Of a stretch of 64,000 nucleotides of DNA, positions 8,493-17,733 are shown piece after piece. The notes beneath the pieces are model-generated. The model was not told where the DNA came from and did no database searches. It was given only the letters and a program-made list of their open reading frames with translations. This stretch comes from Prochlorococcaceae cyanobacterium (GTDB lineage: Bacteria; Cyanobacteriota; Cyanobacteriia; PCC-6307; Cyanobiaceae). Position 1 is the stretch's first letter. Every line of letters starts with the position of its first letter. The translations under genes and the position numbers were made by a program. The stretch is taken from assembly GCA_044356735.1 (NCBI GenBank), contig JBIKVR010000001.1, positions 145 to 64,144 on the forward strand, written 5' to 3'.

Positions 8493-10362
8493 TGGGTTTT
8501 CAGCTGCCACACCAGTACCAGCGCCAAAGCAGCAGGTCGTCAAGGGTTCTGCAGATCACGCCGCCAAGGAGCAACTGGCTGTCGCACTGATCAATCAAGG
8601 GAAACTGCAAGAGGCAGAAGCGCTCTACAGAGAGCTGATCACAGCGGGAACAAACAATCACATTATTTATGGCAATCTGGCGGCAATCTGCGGGATGCAA
8701 GGCAGATTTGACGAGCTCATAGAACTGCTCAGAAAAACTCTACAGCTCAATCCCAACTACCCAGACGCTCATAACAACTTGGGCATTGCTCTCAAGGGGC
8801 AGGGCGAGCTAACCGCTGCCATCGCCTCCTACAAGAAAGCACTGGAACTCAAGCCCAACTACCCGGAAGCTCACAACAACCTGGGCAATGCCCTCAAGGA
8901 GCAGGGCGATCTAACCGCTGCCATTGCCGCCTATAAGCAAGCACTGGCACTCAATCCCAACTATCCAGATGCTCACAACAACCTGGGCATTGCTCTCAAG
9001 GAGCAGGGCGATCTAACCGCTGCCATCGCCGCCTATAAGCAAGCACTGGCACTCAATCCCAACTACCCAGATGCCCACAACAACCTGGGCGTTGCTCTCA
9101 AGGAGCAGGGCGACCTGGATGCTGCCATTGCCCGCTACAACACCGCCATCCATCTCAAGCCCAACTACCCGGAAGCTCACAACAACCTGGGCAATGCTCT
9201 CAAGGAGCAGGGCGACCTAGATGCTGCCATTGCCTCCTACAACACCGCCATCCATCTCAATCCCAATTACCCGGAAGCTTACAACAACCTGGGCAATGCG
9301 CTCGAGGAGCAGGGCGACCTAGATGCTGCCATCGCCCAATACAACACCGCCGTAGAGATAAATCCCAACCACCCAGAAGCTCATTGGAATGCTTCGCTGA
9401 CAATGCTTCTTAGTGGCGACTACAAAAACGGCTGGAGGCAATACGAATGGCGCTTCAGAAAGGAGAAAGACGTATTAAAACCACACGCCTTGCCCAAATG
9501 CAGCCGCTGGCGTGGAGGAGCGTTGCCCGACAAAAACGAGCAGTTGATGGTCGTAACCGAACAAGGCCTTGGCGACACGCTGCTGTTTATGCGCTATGCC
9601 ATCGCCCTACGAAACCAGGGGATTGCGGTTTCACTCTGCGCTCAGGCCAATCTGCACACCCTGATCCAGGCATCTGGCATTGACCCATCACCACTCACTC
9701 CGCAGCAAGGCGATCAGGTAACGGATGGTCTATGGATCCCTTTGCTTTCCGTTCCTCAGCATTTAAAGGTAAGCCCAGGCAACCCGATCATCACTGAGCC
9801 CTACATCAAAACCACCGATGAACTCTCCGTCAAGTGGAAAGGCATCCTTTCAGCAGCAGAGCGCCCGATCATCGGCATCAACTGGCAGGGCAACCCGAAA
9901 GCTGAAAAAACAGGGCTGCGTGGGCGATCTCTGCAGCTAGAAGCATTTGCGCCAATCGCATCCAGCAGCCAGACATCCTTGCTCTCCCTCCAGAAGGGCT
10001 TTGGCAGTGAGCAGCTGGAAACTTGTTCCTTCAAGGATCGTTTCGTGAGTTGCCAGGATCAAATCAATGACACCTGGGATTTTCTAGAAACCGCAGCCAT
10101 CATCGCCAACTGCGATCTAGTGATTACCAGCGACACCTCTGTGGCTCACCTGGCAGGGGGAATGGGAAAGGCAACCTGGTTGCTGATCAAAAAAGTTCCT
10201 GAATGGCGTTGGGGCTTAGCAGGCAATACCAGCTTCTGGTATCCCTCGATGCGCCTGTTCCGCCAGCAGGAGCATGGAAACTGGGATCAGGTGATCGAAC
10301 GGGTGGCAGTAGAGCTCCAACAGCAGTTTGGGGGTGCATCAAGCACCACTCAACCAATTTGA
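8395..10362 (+). CDS. TPR-repeat protein with C-terminal glycosyltransferase family 9-like domain
   Basis: At least 7 consecutive 34-aa TPR units ([34 protein letters not shown]...). The C-terminal part carries [14 protein letters not shown] and [21 protein letters not shown], which are heptosyltransferase-like GT9 motifs. The start is uncertain: ATG at 8395 or 8410, GTG at 8467, and the ORF is open from 8296. GC is visibly lower than in the neighbours. Confidence 0.85.
   Translation: MGVVAMAVAGGWCLLRLGQSRWFDVGKPKRSGIGFSAATPVPAPKQQVVKGSADHAAKEQLAVALINQGKLQEAEALYRELITAGTNNHIIYGNLAAICGMQGRFDELIELLRKTLQLNPNYPDAHNNLGIALKGQGELTAAIASYKKALELKPNYPEAHNNLGNALKEQGDLTAAIAAYKQALALNPNYPDAHNNLGIALKEQGDLTAAIAAYKQALALNPNYPDAHNNLGVALKEQGDLDAAIARYNTAIHLKPNYPEAHNNLGNALKEQGDLDAAIASYNTAIHLNPNYPEAYNNLGNALEEQGDLDAAIAQYNTAVEINPNHPEAHWNASLTMLLSGDYKNGWRQYEWRFRKEKDVLKPHALPKCSRWRGGALPDKNEQLMVVTEQGLGDTLLFMRYAIALRNQGIAVSLCAQANLHTLIQASGIDPSPLTPQQGDQVTDGLWIPLLSVPQHLKVSPGNPIITEPYIKTTDELSVKWKGILSAAERPIIGINWQGNPKAEKTGLRGRSLQLEAFAPIASSSQTSLLSLQKGFGSEQLETCSFKDRFVSCQDQINDTWDFLETAAIIANCDLVITSDTSVAHLAGGMGKATWLLIKKVPEWRWGLAGNTSFWYPSMRLFRQQEHGNWDQVIERVAVELQQQFGGASSTTQPI
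8749..9360 (+). repeat. Six tandem 102-bp near-identical repeats encoding TPR units
   Basis: Units start at 8749, 8851, 8953, 9055, 9157 and 9259. Adjacent units are nearly identical at the DNA level, for example aatcccaactatccagatgctcacaacaacctgggcattgctctcaaggagcagggcgatctaaccgctgcc.... Confidence 0.9.
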
Positions 10363-10444
10363 CCCCCTCCACTAACAACGCAGTCAGAGAAGATCCCGCA
10401 AAACCTTGCACCCTGGGGGCCTGATGGTGGTCGCCAGCTCACCT

Positions 10445-10518
10445 GCAGGCAGCCAATCAGCTCATGGGCGACGGCTGGGGCTGGGCGGGCAAAAAAAGCT
10501 GAGGCAGACTGGTGGCAT
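10445..10518 (-). pseudogene. Relic of the ancestral mpg 5' end (start codon plus about 24 codons); direct repeat copy B
   Basis: The minus strand reads ATG (rc of cat 10516-10518) CCA CCA GTC TGC CTC AGC then a T7 run, then GCC CGC CCA GCC CCA GCC GTC GCC CAT GAG CTG ATT GGC TGC CTG. This gives MPPVCLS(FF)ARPAPAVAHELIGCL if the T run is read as T6. It is homologous to the live mpg segment [19 protein letters not shown]. Confidence 0.6.
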
Positions 10519-10532
10519 TAAGTGGTTCCGCC

Positions 10533-10670
10533 ATGGACGCCTCCAGCTTCAATCTCGGCACGGTGCTGTTCGCCACCTGCGGCCTGTTCTGCCTGGCCAC
10601 GCTCTTTTTCGGCACCAAGGGCGGCTACTACGACAGCGACGACTACGACGGCAACGGCACCGCCCACTGA
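10533..10670 (+). CDS. Small membrane protein (45 aa, below the ORF-track cutoff)
   Basis: MDASSFNLGTVLFATCGLFCLATLFFGTKGGYYDSDDYDGNGTAH*. It has one hydrophobic helix and an acidic tail, with an ATG start, and resembles small conserved picocyanobacterial peptides. Family not identified. Confidence 0.5.
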   Translation: MDASSFNLGTVLFATCGLFCLATLFFGTKGGYYDSDDYDGNGTAH

Positions 10671-10737
10671 GCTGGCCAGTCGGCTGGCCACTGAGCCGGC
10701 TACTAAGAGCTGCCAAATGAATGGGCCCCCTGGCCCC

Positions 10738-11031
10738 TCAGCTGCCCAGGCGTTCGGCCTCTGGGCAATCGCCGGTGGTGAGCAGCTCGTCCGCCTGGGT
10801 GCTGCGGCACACGTAGGCCAGGCGGGTGCTGACGGCACCGATCGATTCGAGCCGCACGCTCTCCTCCCAGCTGTGCAGCTCGTCGTCGTCTTCGGAGTCG
10901 TAGCGGAGGGTGACCAGATCGCCCTCGATCTCGGCCACGATCGCCTCCTCAATCCAGCGCTGCTGGTCTCGCAGGAACACCCACACCGGGCGCTTTTCGG
11001 CACAAAACTGATAGAGCTTGCGATGCAGCAT
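10738..11031 (-). CDS. Conserved hypothetical protein (97 aa)
   Basis: Only the C-terminal part of ORF 10738..11823 looks real: MLHRKLYQFCAEKRPVWVFLRDQQRWIEEAIVAEIEGDLVTLRYDSEDDDELHSWEESVRLESIG.... The upstream 264 codons are antisense to the creatininase gene and are Gly/Ala/Gln-rich junk. Confidence 0.6.
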   Translation of the reverse strand: MLHRKLYQFCAEKRPVWVFLRDQQRWIEEAIVAEIEGDLVTLRYDSEDDDELHSWEESVRLESIGAVSTRLAYVCRSTQADELLTTGDCPEAERLGS

Positions 11032-11094
11032 GGCCGCGGGGCTCTGCAGGCCCCTAAACCCTAGGCAAGCCAACCTGGTTCGCCGCTGTTCACC

Positions 11095-11889
11095 ATGACC
11101 CAAAACCCCTATCCAGGCCCCGTGCCCTCCACGGCCGACATCCGCCTGCAGCTGCGCAGCTGGCCCGAGGTGGAGAGCTATCTGGAGCGCTGCAAGGGGG
11201 TGATCGTGCCCCTGGGCTCCACCGAACAACACGGCCCCACGGGCGCTATCGGCACAGATGCCCTCACCGCCGAGGCGGTGGCCCTGGAGGTGGGCCGCCG
11301 CAGTGGCGTGTTGGTGACCCCGGTGCAGGCCTTCGGGATGGCCGAACACCACCTGGGCTTTGCCGGCACCGTGAGCCTGCAGCCGGCCACCCTGCTGGCG
11401 GTGCTCCACGACCTGGTGCTCTCCCTGGCCCGCCACGGCTTCGAGCGCATCTTCGTGATCAACGGCCATGGCGGCAACATCGCCACCAGCCGCGCCGCCT
11501 TTGCCCAGGCCCATGCCACCGCCAGCAGCCGCGGCTTGGCCAACGCCCCGCAGCTGCGCTGCCGCCTGGCCAATTGGTTCACGGCCGGGCCGGTGATGCG
11601 CCAGGCAAGGGAGCTCTACGGCAACCGGGAGGGCCAGCACGCCACCCCCAGCGAGATCGCCCTCACCCTGCACCTGGAGCCCTCGCTGCTGGCCAAGCAG
11701 CGCCCCCTGCCAGAGGCGGCCCCCGCCGGTCCGATTCACGGTCCAGACGACTTTCGTCGCCGTCACCCCGATGGCCGCATGGGTTCCGACCCCTACCTGG
11801 CCAGCGCCGAGCATGGCGCCCAATTTCTGGAACTGGCCGCCGCCGACCTGCTGCTGCAGCTGCGGGAATTCCTGGAGGAGCCCAACTGA
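11095..11889 (+). CDS. Creatininase (creatinine amidohydrolase) family protein
   Basis: 264 aa. VIVPLGSTEQHGPTGAIGTDALTAEAVA...FVINGHGGN is the family signature. Confidence 0.88.
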   Translation: MTQNPYPGPVPSTADIRLQLRSWPEVESYLERCKGVIVPLGSTEQHGPTGAIGTDALTAEAVALEVGRRSGVLVTPVQAFGMAEHHLGFAGTVSLQPATLLAVLHDLVLSLARHGFERIFVINGHGGNIATSRAAFAQAHATASSRGLANAPQLRCRLANWFTAGPVMRQARELYGNREGQHATPSEIALTLHLEPSLLAKQRPLPEAAPAGPIHGPDDFRRRHPDGRMGSDPYLASAEHGAQFLELAAADLLLQLREFLEEPN

Positions 11890-11920
11890 GCGCTAGCTTC
11901 GCCCCAGCCCCAGCGATCCG

Positions 11921-12226
11921 ATGAGCCGCATCACCGCCGACGACGTGCGCAAGGTGGCCGCCCTGGCCCGTCTGGATCTACCGGAGGCCAAGATCGCCAC
12001 CTACACCGGCCAGCTGGAGCGGATTCTCGACTACGTCGCCCAGCTGGAAGCCGTAGACACCGAGGGGGTGCCGGCCACCACCCGCGCTGTGGAAGTGGTC
12101 AATGTCTGCCGCCCAGACCAGGTGGAGCCCACCGCCGTGCGCCAGGAGCTGCTGGATCTGGCACCCCAGCGGGAGGGCGACTTCTTCCGGGTGCCCAAGA
12201 TCCTGGGCGACGCCGCCGGCAGCTGA
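11921..12226 (+). CDS. gatC: Asp-tRNA(Asn)/Glu-tRNA(Gln) amidotransferase subunit C
   Basis: [51 protein letters not shown]..., 101 aa. Confidence 0.93.
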   Translation: MSRITADDVRKVAALARLDLPEAKIATYTGQLERILDYVAQLEAVDTEGVPATTRAVEVVNVCRPDQVEPTAVRQELLDLAPQREGDFFRVPKILGDAAGS

Positions 12227-12303
12227 GCCGCAGCCAGCTGAGCCGCCGCTCTTGCCCAAGCGTCCTACCAGCTCTCAAAAAGGGGCAAAGCCAGGCGCCA
12301 AAT

Positions 12304-13422
12304 TCAACGCTTGGGCGAAACCGCCGTGCGATGCAGCAGCTCGATCACCCGCCGCCGGGCATGGCGGGTGGGCATCAAGGCCGCCAGGGGCCTTAACTTG
12401 CTGCGCCACTTGCGGTGGCTGCGCACACCCAGAAATATGTCATAAATAAAGTTATAAAAATCGGCCTTGGTTTCAAACATCCCTAGCCTTTGGGGGGAGC
12501 TCCTGGCGTCGAGGATATGCTTGGTTGCCCAGTAGGCCTGCTGATACTCGAACCAAGGAATGGAAGGCCAGAGGTGATGAACAAGGTGATAATTCTGCCC
12601 CATGATCAACCAATTCATCAATCTGCCCGGATAGATGCGGGCGTTATGCCAGCGGCTGCGCGATTGAAAGGGGCGATGGGGAAGGTAGTCAAAGAACAGC
12701 CCCAGGGTGACACCCACCATCAGGGCTGGCGCAAACCAGCAGTTAAAGATGAAAGGCAGAAACTGATAGTGAGCCGCAGCCAACACAATCGAGAAAAATA
12801 CGCCACGGGCTATACCCCACTCCAGCAACTCATAGCGCCGCCAGAGGCGCCGCTGAAAAAAGAAAAACTCGTGATAGAAAAATCGCGGCGCAATCAGCCA
12901 CAGCGGCCCGAAAGTGCTAACGATGTGATCCGGATCATGCTTGGGATCATTGACATGGGCGTGGTGCTGCAGGTGCACCCGCGTGAACACCGGAAAGCTG
13001 AAGCCCAGCAACAGCGCCGCCCCATGGCCCATCACCGCGTTCCAGATGCGGTTGGGGTGGGCGGCGTTATGGCAGGCGTCGTGGATCACCGTGCCCTCCA
13101 GATGCAGGGCCAGGAAGCCCAGCAACAGCAGCTGCCACAGGGGCCACTGGCCCACAAACCAGCCGTAGATCGTGAGCGCCGCCAGGGCGTAGCCGCCTAA
13201 AAACAGCCCCACGCTGGGGTTCCAGGCCGCGGGCGGATCGAGATACTGTCTCGGCACCGAGCGCGGCAGCCGGGCATCCACCAGCTGGGCTGCGCCCTGG
13301 CTGGACTCAGCCTGACTAGAGGGGGCCTGACTGGCAGGCGCATCGCTGCCACCAGGGCCGATTCCCGGCTGGCCAACAGTGGCAGAAAAGTCAGGTGTTG
13401 CGGCAGCCATGGCCTTAGTCAT
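12304..13422 (-). CDS. crtR: Beta-carotene hydroxylase (fatty-acid-desaturase-type, CrtR)
   Basis: Histidine boxes HDACHNAAHP, HLQHHAHVNDPKHDPDH and NYHLVHHLWPSIPW, with multiple TM segments. The N-terminal Ser/Gln/Ala-rich extension makes the start uncertain. Confidence 0.85.
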   Translation of the reverse strand: MTKAMAAATPDFSATVGQPGIGPGGSDAPASQAPSSQAESSQGAAQLVDARLPRSVPRQYLDPPAAWNPSVGLFLGGYALAALTIYGWFVGQWPLWQLLLLGFLALHLEGTVIHDACHNAAHPNRIWNAVMGHGAALLLGFSFPVFTRVHLQHHAHVNDPKHDPDHIVSTFGPLWLIAPRFFYHEFFFFQRRLWRRYELLEWGIARGVFFSIVLAAAHYQFLPFIFNCWFAPALMVGVTLGLFFDYLPHRPFQSRSRWHNARIYPGRLMNWLIMGQNYHLVHHLWPSIPWFEYQQAYWATKHILDARSSPQRLGMFETKADFYNFIYDIFLGVRSHRKWRSKLRPLAALMPTRHARRRVIELLHRTAVSPKR

Positions 13423-13476
13423 TGCTGCGCGACTCGCCCCATGCGATTGCTGAACAGCAACTTAAGCAATGAATGA

Positions 13477-13558
13477 TGCCCACCGGGGGACTTGAACCCC
13501 CACAGCCGAAGCCACTGGAACCTAAACCCAGCGCGTCTACCAATTCCGCCAGGTGGGC
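13477..13558 (-). tRNA. tRNA-Leu (anticodon UAG)
   Basis: The rc reads GCCCACCTGGCGGAATTGGTAGACGCGCTGGGTTTAGGTTCCAGTGGCTTCGGCTGTGGGGGTTCAAGTCCCCCGGTGGGCA. It has a 7-bp acceptor stem, anticodon stem CTGGG/TCCAG with loop TTTAGGT (anticodon TAG), a long variable arm, and a GGTTCAAGTCC T-arm. No encoded CCA. Confidence 0.9.
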
Positions 13559-13609
13559 ATTGCATCCACATTATCCAATCCACAATGGGGGGCCCTCGAC
13601 CCGCCGGCC

Positions 13610-14440
13610 ATGCTCGCCAGCTTGGGTGGAGCCCTGGCATTGCTGCTGGGCCTCGCCGTGCTGCTTTTGCCCCTGCTCACCCCCGAGCTGAGCCGCCCCC
13701 GCGACGCCCTCTGGGGGGCGGTGGTGCTGCTGCTGGGGCTGGTGCTGGTGACCAGTGCCGATCGGCTCACCGGCGCGCCGATGCTCGGCGTGCTCTGCGG
13801 TGGACTGCTGATCGGCCGGCTGGGGCTGGAGGTGGCCCAGGCCCGCTGGTTTCGGCTGCTGCCGGAGGAGCGCCAACAGCTCTGGTCGGCCAAGCGCTGG
13901 CAGGCGACCTGGGCCCAACTCAGCCAGGCCAGCGCCAAGCTGCTGGCCCTGGTGAGCCAGTCCCTGGCGGGGCTGGTGGCCTGGATCGGCGAGCGCCGCC
14001 AACCCCGCAGCGGCAAGCGCTGGGTGAGGCCAGAACAGGCCGGATCAGAAACTGGCGCCAAGCCAGGGGCCGAGCCCGAAGCTGAGCCAGCGGCTGAGAC
14101 CTCGACTGAGCCCCAATCGGAGCCCCATCCAGATCGGGCCCCCGACAGGGAGGCGGCCCTAGAGGCCCCGCTGGAAGACGCCCCAGACACTCCCCTAGCC
14201 GCCCCGGAGGCTGAGTCCATGGCGGCGCCTGAGCCTGCGCCCACCACCTGGATCAGCTCGCTGGCGGAGCTGGATCAACTGCTCGATCAGGCCGAACAAA
14301 CGCCCGCCATCGCTGAGGCGACCAACAGCGCCCCCGCAGGCAGCGACGAGGCAGCGGCACTGACTGAGCCAGCGGCGGCGAGCGCCAATGCCGCTGCAAA
14401 CCCGCCAGAGCCCCCCGCCGCCAGCGACCAGGCGGGATAA
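13610..14440 (+). CDS. ycf66: Ycf66 family protein
   Basis: MLASLGGALALLLGLAVLLLPLLTPELSRPRDALWGAVVLLLGLVLVTSADRLTGAPMLGVLCGGLLIGRLGLEV is the Ycf66 N-terminal domain, followed by a Pro/Glu/Ala-rich tail. I chose the ATG at 13610 because the longer ORF start (13553) overlaps the tRNA. Confidence 0.75.
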   Translation: MLASLGGALALLLGLAVLLLPLLTPELSRPRDALWGAVVLLLGLVLVTSADRLTGAPMLGVLCGGLLIGRLGLEVAQARWFRLLPEERQQLWSAKRWQATWAQLSQASAKLLALVSQSLAGLVAWIGERRQPRSGKRWVRPEQAGSETGAKPGAEPEAEPAAETSTEPQSEPHPDRAPDREAALEAPLEDAPDTPLAAPEAESMAAPEPAPTTWISSLAELDQLLDQAEQTPAIAEATNSAPAGSDEAAALTEPAAASANAAANPPEPPAASDQAG

Positions 14441-14464
14441 TCGCCGATTGTTGCCCCAGGCGAC

Positions 14465-17400
14465 GTGACCGCCAGCCCGGCTCCCTCGGACGCTTCCGCC
14501 TACAAGGACACCCTCAACCTGCTGGAGACGCCCTTCAACATGAGGGCGAACGCCAAGGTGCGGGAGCCGGAACTGCAGGCCTTCTGGGCTGAGCAGCAGA
14601 TTTATCAGCGCCTCTGCCGCGACAACCCCGGAGAGCCTTTCACCCTGCACGACGGGCCGCCCTACGCCAACGGCGCCCTGCATGTGGGCCACGCCCTCAA
14701 CAAGATCCTCAAGGACATCATCAACAAGCACGCCCTGCTCCAGGGGCGCAGGGCGCGGTTTGTGCCGGGCTGGGACTGCCACGGCCTGCCGATCGAACTG
14801 AAGGTGTTGCAGGGGCTGAGTAGCGCTGAACGGGCCGCCCTCACCCCCGTGAGCCTGCGCCAGAAGGCCCATACCTACGCGCTGGAGCAGGTGGAGTTGC
14901 AAAAGAGCGGCTTCCGCCGCTGGGGCATCTGGGCCGACTGGGATCAGCCCTACCTGACACTGCAAAAAAGCTACGAATCCGCCCAGATCGGTGTTTTCGG
15001 GGCCATGGTGCTGGCCGGGCACATCTACCGGGGTCTGAAGCCGGTGCATTGGAGCCCCAGCTCCCGCACCGCCCTGGCGGAGGCGGAGCTGGAATACCCC
15101 GATGGCCATAGCTCCCCCAGCATCTACGCGGCCTTCCCGACGGTGCAACTGCCCGAGGCCCTGGCCGCCAAGCTGGCCGCCGCCGGCCTGAGCGCCGCAG
15201 CGGCCACCGCCAGCGGCGGCCTGGCGGTGGCGATCTGGACCACCACCCCCTGGACCCTGCCGGCCAACCTGGCGGTGTCGGTGAATGGGCGGCTCGACTA
15301 CAGCGTCTGCGCCGTGGCCGGCCGCGGCGAAACGCCGGCCCCCGCCGCGAGCCACCTGCTGGTGGCCGCCGAGCTGCGCGAAAGCCTGGAGACCAGCCTC
15401 GGCCTGCGGCTCACCCCCCTGTTGACGGTGAAGGGAGCCGAGCTGGAGGGGATCGTCTACCGCCATCCGCTGCTGGAGCGCACCAGCCCGGTGGTGATCG
15501 GCGGCGATTACATCACCACCGAGGCCGGCACGGGCCTGGTGCACACCGCCCCCGGCCACGGCGTGGACGATTTCAACACCGGCCGCAAATACAACCTGCC
15601 GGTGCTCTGCCCGGTGGACGAGGCGGGCAACCTCACCGCCGATGCGGGCCCCTTCGCGGGCACCAATGTGCTCAAGGATGCCAATCCCACGATCATCGCC
15701 GCCCTTGAGGGCACCGGCCTGCTGCTCAAGCAGGAGCGCTACGAGCACCGCTACCCCTACGACTGGCGCACCAAAAAACCCACCATCTTCCGGGCCACCG
15801 AACAGTGGTTCGCCTCGGTGGAGCGCTTCCGCGACCAGGCCCTGGCGGCGATCGCTTCGGTTACCTGGCTGCCCGAGAGCGGCCGCAACCGGATCGAGGC
15901 GATGGTGAGAGACCGGGGCGACTGGTGCATCTCCCGCCAGCGCACCTGGGGGGTGCCGATCCCGGTTTTTTACCACCGCGAAACCGGCGAGGTGCTGCTC
16001 AACGCCGACACCCTCGCCCACATCCAGACCCTGATCGCCGAGCAGGGATCCGACGTGTGGTGGCAGCGCGAGGAGGCCGATCTGCTGCCGCCCGCCTACG
16101 CCGACCAGGCCAGCCAGTGGCGCAAGGGCAGCGACACCATGGACGTGTGGTTCGACTCCGGCTCCTCCTGGGCGGGGGTGCTGGGGGGCTTGAAAAGGGG
16201 GATCACTCCCGCCGGCCCGGCTACCAGCGACGGGGCGTTGACGAATCCCGAACATGGGGCCGCAGCGGCGCTACCCCCGCAGGCCACCCCGCTCAATTTC
16301 CCCGCCGATCTCTACCTGGAAGGCAGCGATCAACACCGCGGCTGGTTCCAGAGCAGCCTGCTCACCTCGGTGGCCGTCAACGGCCACGCCCCCTACAAGC
16401 GGGTGCTCACCCACGGCTTTGCCCTTGATGAGAAGGGCCGCAAGATGAGCAAATCCCTGGGCAATGTGGTAGATCCGGCGGTGCTGGTGGAGGGCGGCAA
16501 AAACGAGAAGCAGGAGCCCGCCTATGGCGCAGACGTGCTGAGACTGTGGGTGAGTTCGGTGGATTACTCCGCCGATGTGCCCCTCGGGCCGGGCATCGTG
16601 AAGCAACTGGCGGACGTATACCGCAAAGTGCGCAACACGGCCCGCTACCTGCTGGGCAACCTGCACGACTTCGATCCGCGGACCCAAACAGAAGGTGGCA
16701 ACGCCATCGCCATAGAAGATCTGCCGCTACTGGATCGCTGGATGCTGCAGCGCACGGCCTTGCTTATCGATGCTGTGAGCGTCGATTTCGACGCATACGA
16801 GTTTTATCGCTTCTTCCAGGCCCTGCAGAACTTCTGTGTGGTGGATCTCTCCAATTTCTACCTCGACATCGCCAAGGACCGCCTCTACGTAAGCGCGGCC
16901 AATTCCTTCCGCCGCCGCAGCTGCCAAACGGTGTTAAGCCTGGTGGTGGAGCGGCTGGCAGTACTGATCGCTCCGGTGCTCTGCCACATGGCAGAAGACA
17001 TCTGGCAAAACCTGCCTTACCAGGTGGCGGAGAAATCGGTGTTTGAACGGGGCTGGCCCAAGACTGAGGCAGACTGGAAAACCACGCCACTCAACCTCAA
17101 TCAAACCAGCCTGGAAGATCCAGAGATGCAAGAAAGAATATCCTCTTTTCTAAACTGCGACCAGTTAGACGACGAGGGGCCAATTGGCGAAATCAAAGGC
17201 CTGAGAAGACTCGTCAATCGACAACTGGAAATCTGCCGTTCTCAATCGATCATCGGCTCCTCTCTCGAGGCGCATTTGCATCTTGACTTGAGCGAAGACA
17301 AAGTATCGCAAGGGCTAAGGCAAGTTCTAGTGCTTATCAAGAAATCAACCCAGCCTGAGGTTGACAACCTCAAGGACTGGCTGCTGGTTTCCTCACTGTC

Positions 17401-17728
17401 TTGGACTTTCCAGGGCGATGCCAATCCGGCGCCAGATGCCGATATCAATGCCGATACCAAAGCCAATGCTGATACCAATGCCAATGCCGATACCAAGCAG
17501 TTGTTAATTCCCCCAAGCACGGAACTTGGCATCACAATTGGCATCGCCAAAGCCGCAGGCCAGAAGTGCGAGCGCTGCTGGCACTACGAAACCGACATCG
17601 GCCAGCACGCCGCCCACCCCAGCCTCTGCGGCCGCTGCGTGGCGGTGCTGGCCCAGAACCCGCTTAACTCAAGCCCAGAGCCGGCCCCCTGCATAGACGC
17701 ATCGGCGGCCAGGGCTGTCCAGGGCTGA
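14465..17728 (+). CDS. ileS: Isoleucine--tRNA ligase
   Basis: 1087 aa with a GTG start. Motifs include [16 protein letters not shown] (HIGH), KMSKSLGN (KMSKS) and the C-terminal Zn motif KCERCWHY...CGRC. It is longer than usual because of inserts; see the finding. Confidence 0.95.
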   Translation: MTASPAPSDASAYKDTLNLLETPFNMRANAKVREPELQAFWAEQQIYQRLCRDNPGEPFTLHDGPPYANGALHVGHALNKILKDIINKHALLQGRRARFVPGWDCHGLPIELKVLQGLSSAERAALTPVSLRQKAHTYALEQVELQKSGFRRWGIWADWDQPYLTLQKSYESAQIGVFGAMVLAGHIYRGLKPVHWSPSSRTALAEAELEYPDGHSSPSIYAAFPTVQLPEALAAKLAAAGLSAAAATASGGLAVAIWTTTPWTLPANLAVSVNGRLDYSVCAVAGRGETPAPAASHLLVAAELRESLETSLGLRLTPLLTVKGAELEGIVYRHPLLERTSPVVIGGDYITTEAGTGLVHTAPGHGVDDFNTGRKYNLPVLCPVDEAGNLTADAGPFAGTNVLKDANPTIIAALEGTGLLLKQERYEHRYPYDWRTKKPTIFRATEQWFASVERFRDQALAAIASVTWLPESGRNRIEAMVRDRGDWCISRQRTWGVPIPVFYHRETGEVLLNADTLAHIQTLIAEQGSDVWWQREEADLLPPAYADQASQWRKGSDTMDVWFDSGSSWAGVLGGLKRGITPAGPATSDGALTNPEHGAAAALPPQATPLNFPADLYLEGSDQHRGWFQSSLLTSVAVNGHAPYKRVLTHGFALDEKGRKMSKSLGNVVDPAVLVEGGKNEKQEPAYGADVLRLWVSSVDYSADVPLGPGIVKQLADVYRKVRNTARYLLGNLHDFDPRTQTEGGNAIAIEDLPLLDRWMLQRTALLIDAVSVDFDAYEFYRFFQALQNFCVVDLSNFYLDIAKDRLYVSAANSFRRRSCQTVLSLVVERLAVLIAPVLCHMAEDIWQNLPYQVAEKSVFERGWPKTEADWKTTPLNLNQTSLEDPEMQERISSFLNCDQLDDEGPIGEIKGLRRLVNRQLEICRSQSIIGSSLEAHLHLDLSEDKVSQGLRQVLVLIKKSTQPEVDNLKDWLLVSSLSWTFQGDANPAPDADINADTKANADTNANADTKQLLIPPSTELGITIGIAKAAGQKCERCWHYETDIGQHAAHPSLCGRCVAVLAQNPLNSSPEPAPCIDASAARAVQG

Positions 17729-17733
17729 ACGCC

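Noticed and set aside
8749-9360. Regular 102-bp periodic repeats as a possible CRISPR array
   Set aside because: The repeats are contiguous with no unique spacers. They are in frame within a long ORF and each encodes a canonical 34-aa TPR unit. No cas genes are nearby.
10738-11823. Full-length 361-aa reading of this minus-strand ORF
   Set aside because: The N-terminal 264 codons are antisense to the creatininase gene and of low complexity. Only the last 97 codons (from MLHRKLYQF) look like a protein.
14195-16255. 686-aa ORF on the minus strand
   Set aside because: It is entirely antisense to ileS, whose identity is unambiguous. The translation is Gly/Ala/Arg/Pro-rich with no motifs. This is the usual long-antisense-ORF artefact of high-GC DNA. 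The same reasoning applies to 26041..27168, 20033..20872, 21674..22372, 35543..36685, 37344..38231, 40320..41399, 43765..44316 and similar entries.
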